From contig CBJLAJ010000011.1 of the NCBI GenBank assembly GCA_966421005.1, positions 10,202 through 74,201 of the forward strand: DNA of 64,000 nt, written 5' to 3'. A model generated the notes under the pieces. The model was not told the DNA's origin and made no database searches. It saw only the letters and a program-made list of their open reading frames with translations. Below, in pieces: positions 45,228 to 54,543 of the stretch. The position numbers and the translations under genes are program-made. How positions within the stretch are numbered: the first letter of the stretch is position 1; each line of letters opens with the position of its first letter. This DNA comes from an uncultured Paraburkholderia sp. GTDB taxonomy: Bacteria; Pseudomonadota; Gammaproteobacteria; Burkholderiales; Burkholderiaceae.

Positions 45228-46097
45228 TTATCGGTCGGCCAGCTCGATCTCGCCGCGAAAGACGGTCACGGCCGGGCCGGCCATCGTGAGCGCCGAGGTT
45301 TCGTCATGCGCTCCGTCCCATGCGATGGTCAGCTCTCCACCGTGCGTGCGTACGATGACCGGGGAGTCGAGCCGGCGGCGGCGAATGCCGGCGGCAACCG
45401 CCGCGCATGCACCCGTGCCACAGGCGAGGGTTTCGCCTGCGCCGCGCTCGAACACGCGCAGCGCGATTTCGTGGCGGGACACGATCTGCATGAAGCCGGC
45501 ATTGACGCGCTGCGCAAAGCGCGTGTGCGCCTCGAGCGCAGGCCCGACGGTGGCGACGGGATAAGCCTCCACGTCATCGACGATCGTGACCGCATGCGGA
45601 TTGCCCATCGAGACGACGGAGACTTCGAGCGATTGCCCGGCCGCCTCGACAGGCCACAGTGCGTCCGCACCTTCGGCGCGCGCCGCGAGGCCGCTCGTAT
45701 CGAACGGCACGCGCGCCGGATCGAACACGGGGCGGCCCATGTCGACGACCACCTCGCCGTTGTCCTGCATCGTCAGTGTGATGATCCCGCCATGGACTTC
45801 CACGCGCACGCTGCGCTTATCCGTGAGGCCTGTGTCGCGCACGAACTTGACGAAGCAGCGCGCGCCGTTGCCGCAGTGTTCGACTTCGCCGCCGTCGCAA
45901 TTGAAGATGCGGTACTTGAAATCGGCCTCTGCCGTGTCGGGCCGCTCGACGAGCAGGAGCTGATCGGCGCCGACGCCGAAATGGCGGTCGGCCAGCGCGC
46001 GTACCTGCTCGCTCGTCAGCGAGAGCGGGCGGCTGTAGCCGTCGAGCACGACGAAGTCGTTGCCCGCGCCCTGCATCTTGGTGAATTGAAGTCTCAT
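45228..46097 (-). CDS. dapF: Diaminopimelate epimerase
   Basis: [36 protein letters not shown]. Confidence 0.97.
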   Translation of the reverse strand: MRLQFTKMQGAGNDFVVLDGYSRPLSLTSEQVRALADRHFGVGADQLLLVERPDTAEADFKYRIFNCDGGEVEHCGNGARCFVKFVRDTGLTDKRSVRVEVHGGIITLTMQDNGEVVVDMGRPVFDPARVPFDTSGLAARAEGADALWPVEAAGQSLEVSVVSMGNPHAVTIVDDVEAYPVATVGPALEAHTRFAQRVNAGFMQIVSRHEIALRVFERGAGETLACGTGACAAVAAGIRRRRLDSPVIVRTHGGELTIAWDGAHDETSALTMAGPAVTVFRGEIELADR

Positions 46098-46146
46098 GAT
46101 GGGCGTTATTGTAAGCGACGCGCCGCGCGGATCGGGCAACGCCGCG

Positions 46147-47031
46147 TCAGTAGAGACTCGGCATGCCGGGTGGACGTGTCTTGAAGCGTTTGTGGACCCA
46201 GTAGTATTGCTCGGGCATCAGCGGAATCTGCTCCTCGAGGAACGCGTTCATGCGACGCGCATCGGCGTCGTCATCGCCGCTCGGGTAGTCCTGCCACGGC
46301 TCGAAGACCTTCAGTCTGTATCCCTTGTAGTTCGGCAACACTTCGCCGATGAAAGGCACCACCTGGGCATGGCCGACCTTGGCGAACCGGCCGACGGCGG
46401 TCAGCGTGCAGGCCGGCACCCCGAAAAACGGCACGAAGGTCGAATTGCGCAGGCCGTAATCCATGTCGGCGCCGAGCATGACAGGTTTGCGATCGCGCAG
46501 CCAGCGCAGTACCACGCGGGCGCTGTCGGCGCGGCTTGCCATGTCGGCGCCGAAGCGTCCGCGCGCGGCTTTCGCGACGGCCTCGAGTTCGGGGTTCGAC
46601 ATCGGCTGATAGAGCGAGCCGCAACGGCGCCCGAGTGCATGGTTGAGGAAGATCGAGCCCGCTTCGATCCCGACGAAGTGCAGGCCGAGAAAGAGCGTGG
46701 GGGGCAGATCGGGGTCGGTCAGATCGACGGCGCTGTCGACTTGCACGAGCTTTTCGAGCTTGCTTTGCGAGCCGAACCATTGAACGCTGCGCTCGACGTA
46801 GCTGCGAATCGCGTGGCGGAAATGGCGTTGCGCGATCCGCTCGCGCTCGTTATCGCTCCATTGCGGAAAGCAGAGCGACAGATTGGTGTGAACGATGCGG
46901 CGGCGCCGGCTGGGAATCTGATAGAGCAGCCAGCCGAGGCCGTCGCCGAAGCGCGCGACGAGACCGTAGGGCAGAATCGCGAGAAACTTGAGTAAGCCGA
47001 TGGCGAGCTTCGTGCCGGCGCTCTTCAGCAT
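46147..47031 (-). CDS. lpxL: Lipid A biosynthesis lauroyl acyltransferase (LpxL/HtrB family)
   Basis: HFVGIE (HxxxxE), [26 protein letters not shown]. Confidence 0.9.
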   Translation of the reverse strand: MLKSAGTKLAIGLLKFLAILPYGLVARFGDGLGWLLYQIPSRRRRIVHTNLSLCFPQWSDNERERIAQRHFRHAIRSYVERSVQWFGSQSKLEKLVQVDSAVDLTDPDLPPTLFLGLHFVGIEAGSIFLNHALGRRCGSLYQPMSNPELEAVAKAARGRFGADMASRADSARVVLRWLRDRKPVMLGADMDYGLRNSTFVPFFGVPACTLTAVGRFAKVGHAQVVPFIGEVLPNYKGYRLKVFEPWQDYPSGDDDADARRMNAFLEEQIPLMPEQYYWVHKRFKTRPPGMPSLY

Positions 47032-47190
47032 ACGCGCGCTCCGGTCGACAACGGGCGAAACGTATGTCGAGCCGGCGCGATGGACGGCGCGATGCCTGAA
47101 ATGAACGACGGGACCGGTATGGGCGCGCAATGCGGCAAACAAAAGGCACAAGACACGGCAGTTCACTCTGTGACAGGATCGAGAAGTCGC

Positions 47191-47196
47191 TATAAT
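47191..47196 (+). promoter_or_regulatory. -10 element for the metK transcript
   Basis: Perfect TATAAT 5 nt before the riboswitch-like fold; no good -35. Confidence 0.55.
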
Positions 47197-47201
47197 ACGG
47201 A

Positions 47202-47291
47202 CTTCGCCGAGTTAATAGACAACTTGCGGGGCGAAGCCGCGAAGAGGCATCAAAAGGCCCACTCGCGGTAAGGGAAATCCGCTAAAGCGTC
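47202..47291 (+). ncRNA. Variant SAM-II-like riboswitch candidate upstream of metK
   Basis: CUUCGCC/GGCGAAG P1, GAGUU loop, UUGCGG/CCGC(U)AA pseudoknot, GAC/GUC outer pairs, L3 hairpin GCCGCGA/UCGCGGU; same architecture as the metX aptamer. Confidence 0.65.
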
Positions 47292-47354
47292 GCCGCTTCA
47301 GGCTCCCGGAGCTGGCTACGTGAAATCAACAACCGTAACCATGGAGTCTGCAAC

Positions 47355-48542
47355 GTGGCAAACGACTATCTCTTTACGTCCGAATCCGTTTCCGAAGGTC
47401 ATCCCGACAAGGTCGCCGATCAAATTTCGGACGCGATCCTCGACGCCATTTTCACCCAGGACAAATACTCCCGCGTTGCTGCCGAAACGCTTTGCAACAC
47501 GGGTCTCGTCGTGCTGGCTGGCGAAATCACCACGACGGCCAACGTCGATTACATCCAAGTGGCGCGCGATACGATCAAACGTATCGGCTACGACAACACG
47601 GACTACGGAATCGACTATCGCGGCTGCGCGGTGCTGGTCGCGTATGACAAGCAATCCCCCGATATCGCGCAGGGTGTCGATCGTGCGCACGATGACAACC
47701 TCGATCAGGGCGCGGGCGATCAAGGCCTGATGTTTGGCTACGCGTGCGACGAAACGCCCGAACTGATGCCGTTGCCGATCCATTTGTCGCACCGTCTCGT
47801 CGAGCGTCAGGCTAGCCTGCGTCGCGATGGCCGGTTGCCCTGGCTGCGCCCCGATGCGAAATCGCAGGTGACCGTGCGCTATGTCGACGGCAAGCCGCAT
47901 TCGATCGACACCGTCGTCCTCTCGACGCAGCATGCGCCCGATATCGATCTGTCGGTGCTGCGCGAATCGGTGATCGAAGAAGTCATCAAGCCGACGCTGC
48001 CGGCGGAACTCATCAAGGGCGATATCAAATTCCTCGTGAACCCGACGGGCCGGTTCGTAATCGGCGGCCCGCAGGGCGACTGCGGCCTCACGGGCCGCAA
48101 GATCATCGTCGATACCTATGGCGGCGCGGCGCCGCATGGCGGCGGTGCGTTCTCGGGCAAGGACCCGTCGAAGGTGGATCGTTCGGCTGCTTATGCCGGC
48201 CGGTATGTCGCGAAGAACATCGTGGCGGCGGGGCTTGCCTCGCGCTGCCTGATCCAGGTGTCGTACGCGATTGGCGTGGCGCAGCCGACGTCGGTGATGG
48301 TCAATACGTTCGGCACGGGCCGCGTGTCGGACGCGACGATCACGCAGCTCGTGCGCGAGCATTTCGATCTGCGTCCGAAGGGCATCATTCAAATGCTCGA
48401 TTTGCTGCGCCCGATCTACGAAAAGACGGCGGCGTACGGCCACTTCGGTCGCGAGGAACCCGAGTTCACGTGGGAAAGCACCGACAAGGCGCTCGCGCTG
48501 GCCCAGGCGGCTGGCACGGAGGCTGTCGCGGCGGTGGCGTAA
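47355..48542 (+). CDS. metK: S-adenosylmethionine synthetase
   Basis: [28 protein letters not shown]. Confidence 0.98.
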   Translation: MANDYLFTSESVSEGHPDKVADQISDAILDAIFTQDKYSRVAAETLCNTGLVVLAGEITTTANVDYIQVARDTIKRIGYDNTDYGIDYRGCAVLVAYDKQSPDIAQGVDRAHDDNLDQGAGDQGLMFGYACDETPELMPLPIHLSHRLVERQASLRRDGRLPWLRPDAKSQVTVRYVDGKPHSIDTVVLSTQHAPDIDLSVLRESVIEEVIKPTLPAELIKGDIKFLVNPTGRFVIGGPQGDCGLTGRKIIVDTYGGAAPHGGGAFSGKDPSKVDRSAAYAGRYVAKNIVAAGLASRCLIQVSYAIGVAQPTSVMVNTFGTGRVSDATITQLVREHFDLRPKGIIQMLDLLRPIYEKTAAYGHFGREEPEFTWESTDKALALAQAAGTEAVAAVA

Positions 48543-48573
48543 CGCCTGGCGACTTGCGGTAGCTCGATGTGAA

Positions 48574-48597
48574 AAACCCCGACTTCGGTCGGGGTTT
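48574..48597. terminator. Probable bidirectional terminator between metK and hipA
   Basis: AAACCCCGAC-TTCG-GTCGGGGTTT perfect 10-bp stem with a cUUCGg loop; A-run on the 5' side and T-rich 3' side. Confidence 0.8.
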
Positions 48598-48647
48598 GTT
48601 CGATGGGCGGGCAGCGCTAGGGGCGTTGACCGGTTCGATAGGGATGC

Positions 48648-49994
48648 TCACGGTAACTGTCTGCGCAATTCTGGCGTCGAGACATCATCGATGTGGCGAA
48701 ACGCAGGTGCGATTGCATCCATCTCGGCGGTGTCGACGCCGAATTCCTCGAAGTACACCTGCCATTCTCGCGTCACGCGCCAGACATCTGCGATCGATTG
48801 GGCTGCCGCAGCTCGAGAAAGCGTGAATCGCTCATGCCAGCTGAGGGCGTTGTCCAGCGTGGCAAGCCGCCCATTTTTGCCGATGCCTAGATGGAGAAAA
48901 CGCTCGCTGGCATGACTGGGACGCGGCAACACGTCATAGAGCGGGCTTAACCGCCAGCCCGGCAGCGTGTCGTCCCATATGAATCCATGATTGCGCAGGT
49001 GGTCGTCGTCATTGCTCACGAGGATGTTGTAGACCATGCGCTTGAACAACTCCGCATTGTCTTCGCGAATCGCGCTCGGATGGCAGTACCTTCTGACAGC
49101 GTCAGCCAGTTCAGCATATGATTTGTCGCGTGACTCCATCTCATCGCAGCCAACGAGTGTGAGGCCACTGACAAACGCCGATCGATGCTCCACTCGCCCG
49201 TCGCCAAACCCGACAGTCAATCGGGCTGCATACGTTGGCCCTTCGCTGCCCGGCTCTTTCCAGTAGCGATCAAATCGCCGGATGAGCATGACGCGGCGAT
49301 CGCCCAGTTCGACCGTTTCCACGGGGGGAACGGTGAGGCCGGCTTTCTGAGCCATTCGGAGCGCAGCGCACTCGATGACGGGAATATCGAAGTTGTCGTT
49401 GCGGCTGCCAAACTTGGCCAGCCACAGTACCCCTTGCTCGTCGCGAACGGATGCCTTGGGGCGGGCGCCACCCAGGGCGGTACCCTCCACGAAAATGGCT
49501 TCGAGTCGGGCGGGGACGGGCAAACCCGCTTCGATACGCTCGGCGGCTTCCATCAAGTGATTCAAGCTATGCCAAGTGCTCGCGCCTGCTATCGGCACAT
49601 CGTTGTGGCCGCCCCGGATATCGAGTGCTCCGACACGCTCGCTTCCGGCATGCAGGAGGTATTGCGATTCGGCCAAGCTGTTCGGCGGCACCTTAAGCTT
49701 GGCCTCGATAACGCGTCGTCCCCATGAATCAGGGGCGGCGTCGCGCAGGCCGCCAAAAAACCGTAGGGCATTGACCGGCAGCAAGTACTTGCCCGAAATT
49801 GCAGCCCTGTCCGCAATGCTCAGGCTCACCGGATCCACCTCCAGCGCGTCGTTGCGCTTTAGATAATTCAGGCCGTAAGCGAACTTCGATGCGACCAGGT
49901 TTGAACCTTCCTCGGTCAACGCGAGTTGACCGCACGGTGCCCATTGCGCGTCGATATTGGCAAAGACGATGAGTTTGCGGTCTCGGATTGTCAT
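48648..49994 (-). CDS. hipA: HipA-family Ser/Thr kinase toxin
   Basis: N-terminal couple domain (DAAPDSWGR), P-loop GTALGGARPK, WLAKF, RRFDR, catalytic NDDDHLRN, LSPLYD. Confidence 0.92.
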   Translation of the reverse strand: MTIRDRKLIVFANIDAQWAPCGQLALTEEGSNLVASKFAYGLNYLKRNDALEVDPVSLSIADRAAISGKYLLPVNALRFFGGLRDAAPDSWGRRVIEAKLKVPPNSLAESQYLLHAGSERVGALDIRGGHNDVPIAGASTWHSLNHLMEAAERIEAGLPVPARLEAIFVEGTALGGARPKASVRDEQGVLWLAKFGSRNDNFDIPVIECAALRMAQKAGLTVPPVETVELGDRRVMLIRRFDRYWKEPGSEGPTYAARLTVGFGDGRVEHRSAFVSGLTLVGCDEMESRDKSYAELADAVRRYCHPSAIREDNAELFKRMVYNILVSNDDDHLRNHGFIWDDTLPGWRLSPLYDVLPRPSHASERFLHLGIGKNGRLATLDNALSWHERFTLSRAAAAQSIADVWRVTREWQVYFEEFGVDTAEMDAIAPAFRHIDDVSTPELRRQLP

Positions 49995-50029
49995 TGGGGG
50001 ACGTCGGCAAAAAGCGGGCGAAACGCAAG

Positions 50030-50371
50030 TTAGAAATTCAGTTCGTCGCGCTCGGACGCGCTCATCTCTCGAACCCGAAGTTTGCGTTCGCGCGCCGCCA
50101 TTGCGGCCAAAGCGGGATCATTTTCCGCATACAGCGCCGCTAGTGACGCGCCGGGCGCAATGGCATCCAGATACCGCAGCAATTGGCCGACGGCCAGTCC
50201 CGGGTCTCCATGCTCGATACGGTAGGCTGTATTGCGCGACAGTCCGGCTCGCAGAGCTGCATCGGCCTGCTTGACGCCTCGTGCGACGCGCAGGCGGGCC
50301 AACAGGGCGCCGAGATGCCGGCTTTGCTCATGAAGTTGGGGTGTGAGGATGGATGCTTGGGAGACCTTCAT
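50030..50371 (-). CDS. XRE/HTH regulator, HipB-like antitoxin
   Basis: LARLRVARGVKQADAALRAGLSRNTAYRIEHG; directly upstream of hipA in the same orientation; start 50371 supported by promoter position. Confidence 0.85.
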   Translation of the reverse strand: MKVSQASILTPQLHEQSRHLGALLARLRVARGVKQADAALRAGLSRNTAYRIEHGDPGLAVGQLLRYLDAIAPGASLAALYAENDPALAAMAARERKLRVREMSASERDELNF

Positions 50372-50492
50372 GCTCGTCAAAACGCGCGTTGCGCGCTTAA
50401 TGCTCGATATAACGAACACGGTAGCGCGTTATCAGATGCGCGTCAAAGCCAATCCCCATAATGTTCGTAAAATCGAGCATTATGGGGATTGG
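50371..50492 (-). promoter_or_regulatory. hipB-hipA promoter with palindromic operators TGYTCG-N6-CGARCA
   Basis: Sense -35 TTGACG (50441-50446), 17 nt, -10 TACCGT (50418-50423); operator copies at 50401-50418 and 50462-50479, with a degenerate one at 50371-50388. Confidence 0.6.
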
Positions 50493-50540
50493 GCTCGGTT
50501 TTACGAGCATGAATCGAGGCGAGCGCTTCCGGCTCTTGCT

Positions 50541-51173
50541 TTACGCAGTGTGCCGGCGGTAAACCGCCAGCGAGCCCGCAAGACCGATGAGCATCCCGCC
50601 GCAGGCGCGTTCGAGCCACCGCGCGCCGGAACGCTTGAGCACGGCGATGGCGCGCGCGCCCAGCAGCGCATAGCCAAACATGATCGCCAAATCGAGTCCG
50701 GCAAAGACGAGAGCGAGCACGGCATACTGCGGCGCCAGCGGTGCCGAAGGCGCGATGAATTGCGGCAAAAAGGCGGAAAAGAACAGATAGCCCTTCGGAT
50801 TCGTCACAGCTGTCAGGAAGCTTTTCATGAAGATGGCCCGGTTGCGCTGGCGGGCACCGGGTACTTGTGCCTCATCGAGCTCGAGCGACCCCTTCGACAT
50901 GAGAAGGCGCAGACCCACATAGGCGAGGTACGCCGCGCCGACCCATTTGACGACGGAAAACCAGAACGTCGAGGCCGCGAGCAATGCCCCCAGCCCGACC
51001 GCCACGGCCGAGATCAGGACGAAATCGGATGCAACGGCCCCGGCGAAGCCATAGGCCGCGCGGCGAAGGCCATAGCGCGAGCCGTTCGTGAGCGCGAGCA
51101 GCGTCGTCGGGCCCGGCGTGGCGATACCGATAAATGCGACGGCGGCGAAAACAGCTAGCGTGGTTTGGTGCAT
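50541..51173 (-). CDS. LysE/RhtB family translocator
   Basis: GIATPGPTTLLALTNG, FLTAVTNPKGYLFFSAFLPQF. Confidence 0.9.
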   Translation of the reverse strand: MHQTTLAVFAAVAFIGIATPGPTTLLALTNGSRYGLRRAAYGFAGAVASDFVLISAVAVGLGALLAASTFWFSVVKWVGAAYLAYVGLRLLMSKGSLELDEAQVPGARQRNRAIFMKSFLTAVTNPKGYLFFSAFLPQFIAPSAPLAPQYAVLALVFAGLDLAIMFGYALLGARAIAVLKRSGARWLERACGGMLIGLAGSLAVYRRHTA

Positions 51174-51310
51174 GATGCGGGCGCCTTCCGATGCGGGGAG
51201 CGAACAAGTATAGGCGTTGCGGCGCGAAACACGGCCCGCCGATACGGCACCCGCCAGCACCCGTCGTAGCCCCGACTACGAGAGAGGGCAAGCTCTGGAA
51301 AACAGCACCG

Positions 51311-51493
51311 TCATCCGTCTTCGCCCACTTCGGCGGGATCGGGCAACTCGGGTTGCGTCGGATGATCCCGTTCTTCCTCGGGGGTCTCAGGTGGCTGTGG
51401 CGGTGGAATCGGCTCTCCGTTTTCGCTGCCGCCTCCCGTGTGCGCACGGTCCGGCACGGCGGCGCTGCAAGCGTCCAATTCGATGATCGGCAT
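51311..51493 (-). CDS. Small acidic Pro-rich hypothetical protein (60 aa)
   Basis: GAGGAG RBS upstream; MPIIELDACS...PIPPPQPPETPEEERDHPTQPELPDPAEVGEDG. Confidence 0.55.
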   Translation of the reverse strand: MPIIELDACSAAVPDRAHTGGGSENGEPIPPPQPPETPEEERDHPTQPELPDPAEVGEDG

Positions 51494-51575
51494 ATCGAAC
51501 TCCTCGAACGATAGGTGTATGCCGATCTTCCGCAACGCACGTGCCTTTTCCCGCAAAAATCGCGGAGATCGCAAT

Positions 51576-52235
51576 TCAATCGCGATCGGGCGCGCCAAGC
51601 GGAAAGAACGATCGATAGCGCCGCGCCTCGTCGACCGCGCGAGCAAACGAGGGGCGGGCGAGCAATCGCTTGCGGTAGGCAACGACGTGCGAAAACGATG
51701 GGTCGATGCGGTGCGTCCAGTCCGCGTAAAAGAGAAACGGGGCGGCCGCGCAATCGGCCAGACTGAAGCTGTCGCCGGCGGCCCACTCTCTTTCGGCCAT
51801 GACTTTGTCGAGCCACGCATAGGCCGTCTCCAGCATCTGCCTGGCTTCTTGCACCCCATAGGCATCGTGAAGACCCTCGGGACGCATCGCATCGAAGACG
51901 ACTTTCTGCTGCGGTGTGGAAATGTAATTGTCGAAGAAGCGGTCCATACTGCGCGCCTCCAGCGCTGCGCGCGGATCGGCAGGCAAGAGTGCCACGGGCC
52001 CAGGGTGGTAGAGGCCGAGATATTCGATGATGATCGTCGACTCTCTCACCACCCGCGTACCGTCGACCAACAGCGGAAAGCGCTTGATTGGCCAAAGCGC
52101 AGAGAACTCGGCGAGCACCTCGGGGTTTTCGGGCGTGATCTCCCGCCACTCGAAGGGCGTGCCGTTCTCGTAGAGCGCGATCAGCACCTTTTGCGAGTAG
52201 GAGGAAAACGGGTGTGCGTAGAGTATCAATGACAT
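51576..52235 (-). CDS. Glutathione S-transferase family protein
   Basis: LYAHPFSSYSQKVLIALYE, RFPLLVD, ESTIIIEYL, FSLADCAAAP. Confidence 0.93.
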   Translation of the reverse strand: MSLILYAHPFSSYSQKVLIALYENGTPFEWREITPENPEVLAEFSALWPIKRFPLLVDGTRVVRESTIIIEYLGLYHPGPVALLPADPRAALEARSMDRFFDNYISTPQQKVVFDAMRPEGLHDAYGVQEARQMLETAYAWLDKVMAEREWAAGDSFSLADCAAAPFLFYADWTHRIDPSFSHVVAYRKRLLARPSFARAVDEARRYRSFFPLGAPDRD

Positions 52236-52389
52236 TCGGAGCCTCGTTCGTCGAATAGCAGCGTGTGATCGCTGGAACGACCACGTGCCGTTCAACTTGA
52301 CGACGAACGAGTGCGCGCGAAATCGACACCTTCGACGCGCGACTCGTAGCGGCGCATTCGCGAGATCGTCGACGGCGCGACGGGCCGCG

Positions 52390-52617
52390 CTAGTCCCAGC
52401 AATTACGAAACGCGACAGCGACGATGACAGGCACCGTGAGAACGAGTGGAATGGCGAAGTAAGGCACTTCCCGGTCGACGATCCAGCTGTACACGAGCCA
52501 GGCGATGCCGAGGCCGAGCGTCGCGAACCCGATGAGGAACGTCAGCGCCGTGAGCATCCGTTTCGACGGGCCCTTGTGCGGATGAGGATCGGGGTTGCCC
52601 CGAGATGGCGTATTCAT
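52390..52617 (-). CDS. Small two-TM membrane protein
   Basis: 75 aa with two hydrophobic helices. Confidence 0.7.
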   Translation of the reverse strand: MNTPSRGNPDPHPHKGPSKRMLTALTFLIGFATLGLGIAWLVYSWIVDREVPYFAIPLVLTVPVIVAVAFRNCWD

Positions 52618-52736
52618 ATCGACATTAAACCGCTATCGCAGCACGCACGCCAGCGGCGCCGCGGGAATCAGGCGACGGGACGCGCATCCCCGTTCGACGC
52701 AGCTCGATTCTCGGTTGCCTCGGTTGCCGGCCCGCT

Positions 52737-53234
52737 TCAACGCCCGGCGAACGCGAACCACCCGGCGCTGGCCGCGAGCCTGCGCGGTCGCCGATTCTTT
52801 GCCTGGTGTACAAAGCGCGCCTGCGCCGCTTGCACGCGGCGTACGGCTGGTTTCACCAGCAGCGCGCGCAACGAGAAACGTCGCGCCGCGCGACGCGTGC
52901 GCAGCACGGAAACCAGGGCCCGCAACCAGGAGCGCAAAAGGCCGGCGCTTGCCTGATTATCTAAAGGACGGTGCGTCCGGCCGGCGCGCACGGCATGATG
53001 GCGCAGCGCGCGAACGATACCGCGCCGCGCGGGACGTGCGGCTTTGAGCGCGGCGTGCTTGAGGCGGATGGCGATTCGTCTGTGCATGGGGGTCGAAACA
53101 GAAACGGTGTCGCGATCGACGGGGGACGTTGCGTGCGATGCAGCAACCGTGCCATCGCGAAATGGAGAGGCGAAACCGGGGGGAAGCGCTGCGGCTACGC
53201 GTGTGCGCAGCAGGTGTTGTGTTGCAATCGACAT
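52737..53234 (-). CDS. Arg/Ala-rich hypothetical protein (uncertain)
   Basis: Fills a ~750-nt gap, divergent from the PhyH gene; no recognisable motif. Confidence 0.3.
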   Translation of the reverse strand: MSIATQHLLRTRVAAALPPGFASPFRDGTVAASHATSPVDRDTVSVSTPMHRRIAIRLKHAALKAARPARRGIVRALRHHAVRAGRTHRPLDNQASAGLLRSWLRALVSVLRTRRAARRFSLRALLVKPAVRRVQAAQARFVHQAKNRRPRRLAASAGWFAFAGR

Positions 53235-53383
53235 GCGAGCAGCCTACACGCGAATCGTGACGCGCGTAAGTCGGGGTCCACCCGAGCGCATTCGTGCACA
53301 ATACCGGTGCGTCTGCACGCTGGCGGCGCGCGTTTTAAAATAAATCGTTTCCGACCAACCGCCATGGGCGAACGGACCGTTTC

Positions 53384-54145
53384 ATGTCAGAGCATTCGAA
53401 AAAAGAACAGGTGCAGGCGCTGCGGGAACGCGGTTTCGTGGTCGTGCCGGGTCTCGTATCGCCCGAGCGTTGCGCCGCGATCAAGGCTCGCGCGGCGCAA
53501 CAACTGAGCGAAGCCACGCAGCCGGTCGAATACGAGGCCGATTTGCGCTATCCCGGCGCGCCGGATTCGAAGCATGCGCCCGGCGGCCACACGGTCCGAC
53601 GGCTGCTCGATGCGTATGGGCGCGACGCGCTGATGCGCGAGTGGGCGAGTTCGCCCGAGGTCCGCGGCTGGATGGAGCTGTACTTCGGCGAGACGCCGCA
53701 TCTGTCGCGCGCGCATCATAACTGCATGATGACGAAGCATCCGGCGTATGGCAGCCTGACCGGATGGCATCGCGATGCGCGTTACTGGTCGTTCGAGCGC
53801 GACGATCTCGTCTCGACGTGGCTCGCGCTCGGTCCCGAGTTCGTCGAGAACGGCTCACTGTGGTTCGTGCCGGGCTCGCACAGCATGACTTTCACGTCGG
53901 AGCGTTTCGACGCCGAGAAATTCTTCCGTGCCGATTTGCCGGAAAACAAGGCGATCATCGATACGGCAATCTCTCCGAAGTTGCAGACGGGCGACGTCGT
54001 CTTCTTTCACTGCAACACGCTGCATTCAGCCGGGCGCAACCAGACCGACGAAGTCAAGTTCTCACTGGTTTTCACGTACCATGGGGCGAGCAACGTGCCG
54101 CTGCCGGGCACGCGTTCAGCGTCGAAACCGGAGGTCGTGTTATAG
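53384..54145 (+). CDS. Phytanoyl-CoA dioxygenase (PhyH) family Fe(II)/2OG oxygenase
   Basis: GWHRD (HxD), STWLAL, GDVVFFHCNTLHSAG. Confidence 0.92.
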   Translation: MSEHSKKEQVQALRERGFVVVPGLVSPERCAAIKARAAQQLSEATQPVEYEADLRYPGAPDSKHAPGGHTVRRLLDAYGRDALMREWASSPEVRGWMELYFGETPHLSRAHHNCMMTKHPAYGSLTGWHRDARYWSFERDDLVSTWLALGPEFVENGSLWFVPGSHSMTFTSERFDAEKFFRADLPENKAIIDTAISPKLQTGDVVFFHCNTLHSAGRNQTDEVKFSLVFTYHGASNVPLPGTRSASKPEVVL

Positions 54146-54168
54146 GTCAGGCCCGCAAGGCCTGCGAG

Positions 54169-54381
54169 TCAGCCCCTGCGGCCCTGGCTCGAGGAGATCA
54201 ATCCGATGAGACCCGCGAGCGTCGCGATGATGCCGCCCGCAATGAGCCAGATCGTTTTATTCGTCGGCGCGCCGGTGAACATGCGCGACATGTCGTTGGC
54301 GAACGAATGGAACGATTGGCCGCCGAAATAGAGCAGCACGACGCCGCCCGCGAGTAACGCAATCGAGATCGCTTTGATCAT
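54169..54381 (-). CDS. DUF3185-like small membrane protein
   Basis: GVVLLYFG...SRMFTGAPTNKTIWLIAGG pattern. Confidence 0.75.
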   Translation of the reverse strand: MIKAISIALLAGGVVLLYFGGQSFHSFANDMSRMFTGAPTNKTIWLIAGGIIATLAGLIGLISSSQGRRG

Positions 54382-54543
54382 GGAGAAGTTTCCGTCATTG
54401 ACACACTAACGGCGCAGTGTATGAAAGTTGCACCGTCGATGTCCACCGTCGGCTTGTCCGGCTACCGATTTTTGCTGCGAAATCGGCAAGCAACATCAGC
54501 AGCGCCGCATTTCATTTGTCGACCCGGCACGAAAGGACCTCTT

